From the NCBI GenBank assembly GCA_964446245.1, contig CAYUNI010000003.1, forward strand, positions 1 to 47,660: a stretch of 47,660 bases of DNA, in the 5' to 3' direction. The stretch is from an uncultured Candidatus Saccharibacteria bacterium (lineage in GTDB: Bacteria > Patescibacteriota > Minisyncoccia > Phycocordibacterales > XYD1-FULL-46-19). Made by a program: the position numbers and the translations under genes. This document shows, piece after piece, positions 17,720-25,588 of the stretch. The notes below the pieces were generated by a model. It searched no databases. It was not told where the DNA came from and saw nothing but the letters and a program-made list of their open reading frames with translations. Every line of letters starts with the position of its first letter. Position 1 is the first letter of the stretch.

Positions 17720-20347
17720 TTATTTTTTAATTACCGTTTTAGGTTTTGAGCTTTGTGTTTTTAGTTTATTTTTTAAATATTTTCCGGTATAAGATCCTGG
17801 AGCATAGGCGACCTCTTCGGGCGTCCCTTTGGCTACCACTTGCCCACCCCGATCTCCACCCTCTGGGCCCATATCAATAATATAGTCGGCATTTTTGATT
17901 ATTTCTAGATTGTGTTCAATCACAATCACGCTATTTCCCTTTTCGACAAGTTTTTGCAATATTTCGATTAAATTTTTGACATCTTCATAATGAAGACCGA
18001 CTGTCGGCTCATCGAGAATATAAATTGTCCGTTCGAGGTTAGGTCGATAAAGCTCGGAGGAAATTTTTACTCGTTGCGCTTCTCCGCCAGATAAAGTGGT
18101 GGCTGATTGACCTAATTTTAAATAACCAAGACCTACTTCATTTAGGGTTTTGAGACGGTCATAGATTGCCGGGATATCTTCAAAAAAGCTTAAAGCTTCT
18201 TCTATCGTCATATTAAGGACTTGATCGATATTTTTCTTTTTATATTTTACTTCCAAGGTTTCTTTTTGAAAACGAGTCCCTCCGCAAACATCACAGGGTA
18301 CATAAACTGTAGGTAAAAAATGCATTTCAACAGCAATTTCTCCGTTGCCTTGGCAAGCCTCACAGCGACCACCTGGAACATTAAAAGAAAAGCGTGATGG
18401 TTTCCAGCCTCGAATACGCGAAAGCTCGTTTTCAGCAAAAAGTTCGCGAATGAAAGTAAAAGCGCCGGTATAGGTCGCTGGATTAGAACGCGGGGTACGA
18501 CCAATTGCCGATTGATCAATCAGAACCACTCGGCTTAAGTATTCACTTCCTAAAAACTCATTGCAATTATGTTTTTCATTGCTCCGGTGGCGACGCTCAA
18601 GACGAGCTTGTAAATTTTTGTGTAAAATTTCGTAGACAAAAGATGATTTGCCCGATCCAGAGACACCAGTAACCGATACTAGCCGACCCAAAGGGACATC
18701 GATATCTAGGTTTTTAATATTAAAGATTTTTCCTCCGCGAATTTTGAGCGCCCCTTTTTCGCTTTGACGACGCTTTTCTGGTAGGGGGACATTTTTTTCT
18801 CCTCGAAGATAATCAACAGTCAACGAGGCAAAATCATTTTTTTTAGCAGTAAGTAATTTTTCTGTCCAATCGGCAGTGACCACTTTACCTCCATGAATTC
18901 CCGCGCCTGGCCCAATATCAACTAGAAAATCAGAAGAAAAAATAGTATCTTCATCATGCTCGACAACAATAATTGTATTGCCCAAATCGCGTAGATCAAG
19001 CAAAGTCTTTATTAGACGATCGTTGTCTCGACTATGGAGGCCGATAGTCGGTTCGTCTAAAACATAGAGTGTCCCAACTAGACGTGAACCGAGTTGAGAG
19101 GCCAAGCGAATCCGTTGGGCTTCACCACCAGAGAGGGTGTCTGCTCGACGATCGAGGGAGAGATAATCGAGTCCGACATCATTCAAAAATTTGATTCGGG
19201 CTTGAATCTCTTTGAGAACGATCTGGGCGATAGCCTTCTGACGAGGAGAAAGCTTAAGGTTGCCAAAAAAGATATCGGCATCTTTGATTGACAATGCTAC
19301 TGCTTGGACAATATTTTTTTCATTGATTAAGACATGAAGAGCTTCTTGACGGAGGCGAGCACCATTACAATCAGGACAATTTTCTTTACCGAAAAGATGT
19401 TTTGTTCCTAGACCATGACAGGTGGGGCAAGCCCCATAAGGTGAATTAAAAGAAAAAAGTCGCGGTTCGATTTCGGGGTAAGAGAAACCATCATTAGCGC
19501 AAGCAAATTTAGCTGAAAGAAGAAAATTTTCTTCACCAAGACGTAGTCGGACCAAACCCTCGGCTTCTGTCAGGGCACGTTCGATAGCTTCGACTAAACG
19601 CTCACTAGTTGAAGAAACGATAGCTTTGTCTAGCGCTTTGCCTATAGGCGAATCCTTTCCGGCTAATTGAAAATCGCCAATGGGAAGGGTATCGATTATG
19701 GCGTCAATATCATGTTTTTTATTTTTTGATAAAACAATTCTCTCACGAAGAGCTTTTTTCTCACCATCGATTCTAACTTCACGAAAACCTTTCTCTAATA
19801 AATCATAGAGGAGTTGATAATATTCCCCTTTTCGGCCGCGGATAACTGGCGCAGAAATTTCAACAAATTTTGACTGAGCTTTTCCTTCAAGTAATAATTC
19901 GGAAATTTTTTCTTTGGCAAAATTTATAATTTCTTCTGGCGATAATTTTTCAATTTTTGCGCCACAGATTAGGCAATGAGGTGTTCCGATTCGAGCGTAA
20001 AGCACTCGCAGATAATCATAGATTTCAGTGATCGTGGCCACTGTCGATCGAGGATTTTGGGAACGAGATTTTTGGTCAATAGAAATTGCTGGCGATAGAC
20101 CAGTGATTTCGTCTACTTCCGGCTTCTGCATTTGTTTTAAAAATTGTCGGGCATAGGAAGAAAGTGATTCGACATAGCGACGCTGGCCTTCGGCAAAAAT
20201 TGTATCGAAAGCTAAAGATGACTTGCCCGAGCCAGAAAGGCCAGTAATGGCAATCATTTTATTGCGCGGAAGCTCGAGATTGATATTTTTTAGATTATGG
20301 GTCCGAGCGCCCTTAATCTTAATGATATCTTGGGGTTCGTTTTTCAT
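17720..20347 (-). CDS. uvrA: Excinuclease ABC subunit A
   Basis: 875 aa. Two ABC modules (GLSGSGKSS, GVSGSGKSS, LSGGEAQR twice) and zinc modules (CPTCHG..CPDCNG, CEACQGNG..CDVCGG). Confidence 0.95.
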   Translation of the reverse strand: MKNEPQDIIKIKGARTHNLKNINLELPRNKMIAITGLSGSGKSSLAFDTIFAEGQRRYVESLSSYARQFLKQMQKPEVDEITGLSPAISIDQKSRSQNPRSTVATITEIYDYLRVLYARIGTPHCLICGAKIEKLSPEEIINFAKEKISELLLEGKAQSKFVEISAPVIRGRKGEYYQLLYDLLEKGFREVRIDGEKKALRERIVLSKNKKHDIDAIIDTLPIGDFQLAGKDSPIGKALDKAIVSSTSERLVEAIERALTEAEGLVRLRLGEENFLLSAKFACANDGFSYPEIEPRLFSFNSPYGACPTCHGLGTKHLFGKENCPDCNGARLRQEALHVLINEKNIVQAVALSIKDADIFFGNLKLSPRQKAIAQIVLKEIQARIKFLNDVGLDYLSLDRRADTLSGGEAQRIRLASQLGSRLVGTLYVLDEPTIGLHSRDNDRLIKTLLDLRDLGNTIIVVEHDEDTIFSSDFLVDIGPGAGIHGGKVVTADWTEKLLTAKKNDFASLTVDYLRGEKNVPLPEKRRQSEKGALKIRGGKIFNIKNLDIDVPLGRLVSVTGVSGSGKSSFVYEILHKNLQARLERRHRSNEKHNCNEFLGSEYLSRVVLIDQSAIGRTPRSNPATYTGAFTFIRELFAENELSRIRGWKPSRFSFNVPGGRCEACQGNGEIAVEMHFLPTVYVPCDVCGGTRFQKETLEVKYKKKNIDQVLNMTIEEALSFFEDIPAIYDRLKTLNEVGLGYLKLGQSATTLSGGEAQRVKISSELYRPNLERTIYILDEPTVGLHYEDVKNLIEILQKLVEKGNSVIVIEHNLEIIKNADYIIDMGPEGGDRGGQVVAKGTPEEVAYAPGSYTGKYLKNKLKTQSSKPKTVIKK

Positions 20348-20364
20348 TTTGTATTTAGTTTGCC

Positions 20365-20392
20365 ATTATAACACAAAAGTCAAGGATGATAA
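20365..20392 (-). promoter_or_regulatory. Putative uvrA promoter
   Basis: Minus strand reads TTATCA, 16 nt, TGT-TATAAT. 17 nt separate the -10 box from the uvrA ATG, with no SD. Confidence 0.4.
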
Positions 20393-20533
20393 AGGGGGAG
20401 GTAATAAAAAGTGTTAAGCCTCACAACAAGCTTTGGATAATATGTTCGTTTCGCTTTCACTTACTGCTCTAGCCTTCTTTGCTTAGACTAGGAACGGTCA
20501 AGAAGGGGCGGGGCGTTAAATCTTATATTTAAT

Positions 20534-22579
20534 TTAAGGCTTTTGAGTATTTGGTTGTTTTTGCTTAGACCCTTTCTTTTCTAAAATTTTAAGTTCATCT
20601 CGAAGTAAAGCTGCTGTTTCGAAATCTAATTCTTTGACCGCTTCAGCCATTTCTTTTTTCTTGTCTTTAATTAACGCACGAAGATGTTTTGGTTCGACGC
20701 GATCTAATTCAAGGAGTGTTTGAAGCGCTTTGTCGTGCTCACTTTGGAGTGAGTCAGTAATATCTTTAATATTTTTGCGAATAGTTTGTGGGGTGATGCC
20801 ATGTTTTTGGTTATAAGTCAGTTGGATTGTTCGGCGACGGTTTGTTTCGGAAATAGCTCTCTCAAGCGAGCCGGTAATAATGTCGGCATAAAGTATCACC
20901 CGGCCGGCAGAATTCCGGGCTGCTCGGCCTATGGTTTGAATTAAAGAAGTTTCTGAACGCAAGAACCCTTCCTTGTCGGCATCGAGAATACCTATCAGTG
21001 TCACTTCTGGTAAATCTAATCCTTCACGCAATAAATTTACGCCGATTAGGCAGTCGAAAGTCCCTCGCCTGAATTCAGTTAAAATTTTTATTCGCTCTAA
21101 AGTTTTAATTTCACTATGTAAGTATTCCGCCTTTATCCCCTTTTCTTTCAGGTATAGACTTAAATCCTCAGCCATTTTTTTTGTTAAGGTGGTTCCGATC
21201 ACTCGATTTCCTTGGCTGATTTCTTTTTGGGCTTCGGTAATAAAATCAGTTATTTGTCCAGAATAATTTTCGCGAGCAATTACTGGCCTGATGGTAAGCT
21301 CCGGATCGACAAGACCGGTTGGGCGAATAATTTGTTCAACAATCTGGCTTGATTCTTTTCTCTCAAAATCGCCCGGAGTAGCCGAAGTAAAAATTGCCGG
21401 ACCAATTCGCTCCCAAAATTCATTATCTCGTAATGGCCGATTGTCTAAAGCGCTAGGCAATCTAAAACCATTGTCGATTAAGGACTTTTTTCGGCTAGCA
21501 TCACCCGCATACATCCCGCCGATTTGTGGAATGGTCACATGTGATTCGTCGATAACGGTTAAAAAATCTGGCTGGCCATCTTTGGTTTGTGGAAAATAGG
21601 CTAATAGAGTATCGGGGGCTTCCCCGGCCCGTCGACCAGTTAAATGCCGGGAATAATTTTCGATTCCAGAACAGTAGCCGACTTCGCGAATCATTGCTAA
21701 ATCATAATTTGTTCGCCTTTTTAATCTTTCGGCTTCTAAATTTTTGCCAATAGATTGAAGATAATCTATTTGTTCAGTTAATTCTAGTTTAATTGAACTA
21801 ATTGCTCGCTCGCGCTCAGCTTCGCTGGTAATAAAATGTTTAGCGGGAAAAAGAAAATAATTTCCTACTGTTTTTTTAATTGAACGAGTAATCGGATCAA
21901 TAATTTCAATTTTTTCTAAATGATTATTGTTTAAAGAGAGGGCGATAATTTCTCTTTCCCCTGGTGGCATAATTTCTACAACTTGGCCCAGCGCGCGGAA
22001 AAAACCCGGCTTAAGGTCGGCAGTTGTTCGATCGTAAAAAATATTGACCAATTTTTTCATCAATAAGCTTCGATCTAATCTATCGCCAACAGCTAAATAT
22101 AAGTGTTCCTTGGCGTATTCTTTGGGGCTTCCTAAGCCGTAAATACAGGAAACCGAGGCCACGATAATCACATCTCGACGGGTAAGCAAAGCTTGAGTGC
22201 TAGCATGTCGTAAACGCTCGATTTCCTCATTGATACTGGCATCTTTTTCAATATAAGTGTCGGTCGCTGCGACATAGGCTTCTGGTTGATAATAATCATA
22301 ATAGGAGACAAAATAGTGAACCGCATGATCAGGGAAAAAATCACTATATTCTTGAGCTAATTGAGCGGCGAGAGTTTTATTATGGGCAATTACTAAGACG
22401 GGCTTATTATAATTAGCAATTACATTGGCGATAGTAAAAGTCTTGCCCGAGCCGGTCACTCCAAGCAGGGTTTGCTTGGAGTGGTTCTTTTTCAATCCAT
22501 TTTGCAAAGTTAAAATCGCTTTCGGCTGATCGCCGGCTGGTTGATAATTACTTTTTAAGTTAAATATTTTCTTTGACAT
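20534..22579 (-). CDS. uvrB: Excinuclease ABC subunit B
   Basis: About 681 aa from the ATG at 22579 (the ORF extends to a TTG at 22588). Helicase motif I GVTGSGKT, DESH box, beta-hairpin region, C-terminal UVR motif (LDFETAALLRDEL). Confidence 0.95.
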   Translation of the reverse strand: MSKKIFNLKSNYQPAGDQPKAILTLQNGLKKNHSKQTLLGVTGSGKTFTIANVIANYNKPVLVIAHNKTLAAQLAQEYSDFFPDHAVHYFVSYYDYYQPEAYVAATDTYIEKDASINEEIERLRHASTQALLTRRDVIIVASVSCIYGLGSPKEYAKEHLYLAVGDRLDRSLLMKKLVNIFYDRTTADLKPGFFRALGQVVEIMPPGEREIIALSLNNNHLEKIEIIDPITRSIKKTVGNYFLFPAKHFITSEAERERAISSIKLELTEQIDYLQSIGKNLEAERLKRRTNYDLAMIREVGYCSGIENYSRHLTGRRAGEAPDTLLAYFPQTKDGQPDFLTVIDESHVTIPQIGGMYAGDASRKKSLIDNGFRLPSALDNRPLRDNEFWERIGPAIFTSATPGDFERKESSQIVEQIIRPTGLVDPELTIRPVIARENYSGQITDFITEAQKEISQGNRVIGTTLTKKMAEDLSLYLKEKGIKAEYLHSEIKTLERIKILTEFRRGTFDCLIGVNLLREGLDLPEVTLIGILDADKEGFLRSETSLIQTIGRAARNSAGRVILYADIITGSLERAISETNRRRTIQLTYNQKHGITPQTIRKNIKDITDSLQSEHDKALQTLLELDRVEPKHLRALIKDKKKEMAEAVKELDFETAALLRDELKILEKKGSKQKQPNTQKP

Positions 22580-22620
22580 ACAAAACAAACACAGGTCAAG
22601 TGTAGCAAAACTTTATAAAG

Positions 22621-22662
22621 AAAACAAAAAAGGCGTGTCCCTACCGACAGAGAGACACGCCT
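22621..22662 (-). terminator. Intrinsic terminator (minus strand) about 40 nt upstream of the uvrB start
   Basis: aggcgtgtc / gacacgcct 9-bp GC-rich stem. On the minus strand it is followed by TTTTTTGTTTT. Confidence 0.7.
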
Positions 22663-22774
22663 GAAACATTGGGCGACCGGTCGGGTCAGGGTTTGTGGCA
22701 GGGTAAGATTAGGTTAACAACCTTGTTCCCTTAACCCCAATGTTTCTACGAAAGGAGGCCGACATCTGCCGGCT
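22663..22774 (-). ncRNA. Candidate small RNA (about 150 nt including its terminator), unclassified
   Basis: It has its own extended -10 (TGTTATAAA, 22781-22789) and its own terminator (22621-22662). There is a 5' hairpin gccg..cggc, the motif CCUCCUUUC, and then an 11-bp-closed long hairpin (gaaacattggg ... cccaatgtttc). No ORF. Confidence 0.35.
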
Positions 22775-22780
22775 AAATTA

Positions 22781-22789
22781 TTTATAACA
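22781..22789 (-). promoter_or_regulatory. Extended -10 box for the candidate sRNA
   Basis: Minus strand reads TGTTATAAA, matching the TGnTAnAAT pattern seen upstream of many genes in this window. Confidence 0.35.
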
Positions 22790-22795
22790 CAATTT

Positions 22796-22850
22796 AAAAG
22801 AAAAAGTAAAGCCGCCAATGGCCGAATGATAATGAAAGGCGTTGGCGGCT
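22796..22850 (-). terminator. Probable tgt terminator
   Basis: agccgccaa / ttggcggct stem with an inner gcc/ggc extension. On the minus strand it is followed by TTACTTTTTCTTTT. Confidence 0.6.
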
Positions 22851-22957
22851 AAATTGGGGCTCCCCGGGAAACACTAGTTGGTAGACGTGGTGTGGACTCT
22901 TGGGGAAGAGCCCCGGGGAACCGAGGACCATAAGGTCTCAACTAACATAACCTAAAT

Positions 22958-24163
22958 CTATTTAAATGTCAATCTTCGAGCAGGAGAATATTTAGTCAAA
23001 AATTCTCTACGAAAATTATCGAAATTATTAACCAAAATGCTTTGACGAATTTTTTTAACTAGATTGACATAAAAATAAAGATTGTGGATAGAAGCAAGAG
23101 TCCCTGCAAGCATTTCTTCAGCACGAAAAAGATGGGCTAAATAAGCTCGGGTATAATTTTGACAAGTATAACACTGACAATCGGTATCGATAGGAGAAAA
23201 ATCTGTTCGAAAACAGCTATTACGAATATTAATTCGACCAGTAGAGGTCTCGAGGGAACCATTTCTTGCCATTCTGGTTGGAGCAACGCAGTCAAATGTA
23301 TCAACTCCATTTTCAATTCCAGCAAAAAGATCGTCGACAGCACCGATTCCTAGAAGATGGCGTGGTTTGGTTTTGGGCAAAATTTGATTAACCCAATTTA
23401 CAGCCGTCCCCATATCGTCTTTATCAAAAGAACCGCCTATACCAAAACCAGCAAAAGGTAAATTTCCAATAAAATGCGCGCTTTTTTCACGGAGATCTTT
23501 ATGGCGCCCACCTTGGACTATCCCAAAAAGTGCTTGTTCTCCTCCTAATTTTTGGTGTTCAGCCAGACTCCGCTTGGCCCAAGCATGAGTTCTGTCTAAA
23601 GCTTTGACTTGGTAGTCATAAGCAGCGCTTGGAGCGGTACATTCATCAAAAGCAAAAATAATATCAGCGCCGATTTGATGCTGGATTTGGATTGATCGCT
23701 CTGGTGTAAAACGATGTTCCGAACCATCTAAAAATGATTTGAAGGTCACTCCGTCATCATCAATCTTAGCTAGCTTGTTCCCTGTTGCTCGGCTCTCTTT
23801 CAGAGGCTTATCTCCACTGGTAGCAAATTTTGTAATACCACCTTCGCCAAAAGCGGCTCCGAGAGAAAAGACTTGGAAGCCACCGGAATCGGTCATTGTT
23901 GGTCCAGACCAATTCATCATCTTGCCGAGGCCTCCAGCCTGAGAGACTAAATCACTCCCCGGCTCAAGGTAAAGATGATAAGTATTGGCAAGAATTACTT
24001 GCGCGCCTAAAGATTTTACTTGTTCAGTGGTCAAAGCTTTCACGGTTGCTTTAGTGCCAACCACGACAAAAGCTGGCGTCTCAATTGTGCCATTTGAGGT
24101 TTCAATAACCCCGGCTCGACCTAGGCGGCCAGATAATTCTTTTTTGATTGAAAAATTAAACAT
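22958..24163 (-). CDS. tgt: Queuine tRNA-ribosyltransferase (tRNA-guanine transglycosylase)
   Basis: 401 aa. GRAGVIETSNGTIETPAF, catalytic region TDSGGFQVFSL, zinc site CQCYTC..H (CQCYTCQNYTRAYLAHL). Confidence 0.95.
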   Translation of the reverse strand: MFNFSIKKELSGRLGRAGVIETSNGTIETPAFVVVGTKATVKALTTEQVKSLGAQVILANTYHLYLEPGSDLVSQAGGLGKMMNWSGPTMTDSGGFQVFSLGAAFGEGGITKFATSGDKPLKESRATGNKLAKIDDDGVTFKSFLDGSEHRFTPERSIQIQHQIGADIIFAFDECTAPSAAYDYQVKALDRTHAWAKRSLAEHQKLGGEQALFGIVQGGRHKDLREKSAHFIGNLPFAGFGIGGSFDKDDMGTAVNWVNQILPKTKPRHLLGIGAVDDLFAGIENGVDTFDCVAPTRMARNGSLETSTGRINIRNSCFRTDFSPIDTDCQCYTCQNYTRAYLAHLFRAEEMLAGTLASIHNLYFYVNLVKKIRQSILVNNFDNFRREFLTKYSPARRLTFK

Positions 24164-24180
24164 TTTTAAACTTTAAAAAA

Positions 24181-24515
24181 GAAACGCCCTCGCAACCCTG
24201 AGAGAGTTGAGTGGGCGTGTCTTGCTAAAAGATTATACGGCCTCTTTTAGCAACCTTTTCTTCCATCCTTTCCCTCTCTACTTCTCCGTAGAGAGTCGGA
24301 ATGGTGTGGGCAAGCTCTTTTAGAGCATGCCCTAAAAGAGTAGAGGCGGAAAACCCACCTGGATTTTCTACCTCTTCCCAATTTTGCCCCGGGGCGTCGA
24401 GGGCATTGAACCGATTGATTCCGCCCTCCTTCCTTTGCCGGCTGACAAAAGGAAACCGATGTGTAGCCATAACTCCCCCTTTCTAAACCTCGACCAACTC
24501 GAGGTTTTCCTGAAT
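24181..24515 (-). other. GC-rich structured island between the 2-hydroxyacid dehydrogenase gene and tgt (candidate ncRNA/leader, or an 81-aa ORF 24225-24470)
   Basis: Several strong minus-strand hairpins (aaacctcga/tcgaggttt; gagggc/gccctc; ctctctac/gtagagag; ttgctaaaaga/tcttttagcaa) and a terminal acgccc/gggcgt stem plus a T6 run, ending 20 nt before the tgt ATG. Three overlapping ORFs in different frames point to composition rather than coding. Confidence 0.3.
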
Positions 24516-24568
24516 TTGATAATAACTCTCTTTTGACAAAAAAGCAACCTGATGGTCTTGGGGACAAG

Positions 24569-25582
24569 TTAGCTTATAAGATTAATCGGTGCTCCCGATA
24601 AAAAAGCTTTGATGTTAGTGACTGAAGTCTCGAGAATGCGACGCAAGGCTTCGTTGGTATTGAAAGCATTATGTGGGGTGATAATCACATTAGGCAGATC
24701 AATCAAAGCATGGTTTTGTAAAACTATCTTTAAATTATGTTCACCTGGGTGCGCTCCACCAGACAAAAAATTTAATTCATCTTTAGTAATCCCCTCTTCT
24801 TCTAAAACATCGAGTCCCGCGCCAGCGATGATCCCCTCGCGCAAGCCCTTAACCAAAGCTTCCGTTTCTACGAGTGGACCACGAGCGGTATTGATTAAAT
24901 ACACCCCCTTTTTCATTAAGGCTAAAGAATCTTTATTGATTAAGTGGTGGTTTTCTGGAATATATGGTACATGAAGAGTTAAAATGTCGCTTTGGCGCAA
25001 GACTTCTTCTAAAGTAAGATATTGATAACTCATTTTTTCGGCATAAACTGTATCGGGGAATTTATCAAAAGCAATAATATTCAGATTAAATCCCTTAGCA
25101 ATTTCAATCACATTTTTACCTATCCGCCCGGTACCAATAACTCCTAGAGTCTTACCTTTTAAATCAAAACCTCGTAGACCATCTAGACTGAAACTCCCTG
25201 TTTCGCGGATTCGTTCGGAGGCTTGATGGACTTTTCGTGACAAATTAAGCAAGAGAGCAAAAGTATATTCCGCTACTGTATCCTCCCCATAAGACGGCAC
25301 ATTGGCAATTTTAATTCCTCTACTCTGACAAAGAGCAAGATCAATATGATCGTAGCCAGTCGAACGGGTGACCACAAATTTTAAGTTTGGGAAATAATCC
25401 AAAACAGCTTCATTGATAACGGAATTGACAAAAACCGAGATTACTTCTGCTTGATTATCTTTAGGTAGATTGTCAGCGTTAAGCGCCCCCGATATTATTT
25501 CAAGCTCGTTTGGGAGCTCTGTATTTTGGCTTAACCAGTCTTTTTCCCATGGCTCCAGCTCAAAGAAAAGGATTTTGCTCAT
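24569..25582 (-). CDS. D-isomer-specific 2-hydroxyacid dehydrogenase (glycerate/lactate/phosphoglycerate dehydrogenase family)
   Basis: 337 aa. NAD fold GVIGTGRIGKNV and catalytic R/E/H context (NTARGPLV, ITPHNAF). Confidence 0.9.
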   Translation of the reverse strand: MSKILFFELEPWEKDWLSQNTELPNELEIISGALNADNLPKDNQAEVISVFVNSVINEAVLDYFPNLKFVVTRSTGYDHIDLALCQSRGIKIANVPSYGEDTVAEYTFALLLNLSRKVHQASERIRETGSFSLDGLRGFDLKGKTLGVIGTGRIGKNVIEIAKGFNLNIIAFDKFPDTVYAEKMSYQYLTLEEVLRQSDILTLHVPYIPENHHLINKDSLALMKKGVYLINTARGPLVETEALVKGLREGIIAGAGLDVLEEEGITKDELNFLSGGAHPGEHNLKIVLQNHALIDLPNVIITPHNAFNTNEALRRILETSVTNIKAFLSGAPINLIS

Positions 25583-25588
25583 ATTAAT

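Noticed and set aside
22663-22746. SRP (4.5S) RNA: the plus strand reads GGUCGGGUCAGGGUUUGUGGCAGGG, reminiscent of the GGUCAGGUCC part of domain IV.
   Set aside because: The GGAA tetraloop and the AGCAGC 3' side of the conserved symmetric loop are missing on both strands. The terminator also indicates minus-strand transcription, where the motif reads as its complement.
24247-24567. 106-aa and 61-aa ORFs (24247-24567 on the minus strand, 24301-24486 on the plus strand) in the GC-rich spacer upstream of tgt.
   Set aside because: Three mutually overlapping frames are open only because the segment is GC-rich. The Arg/Gly/Pro-rich products look like artefacts. Only the 81-aa frame (24225-24470) has any start context, and it is kept as an alternative in the findings.
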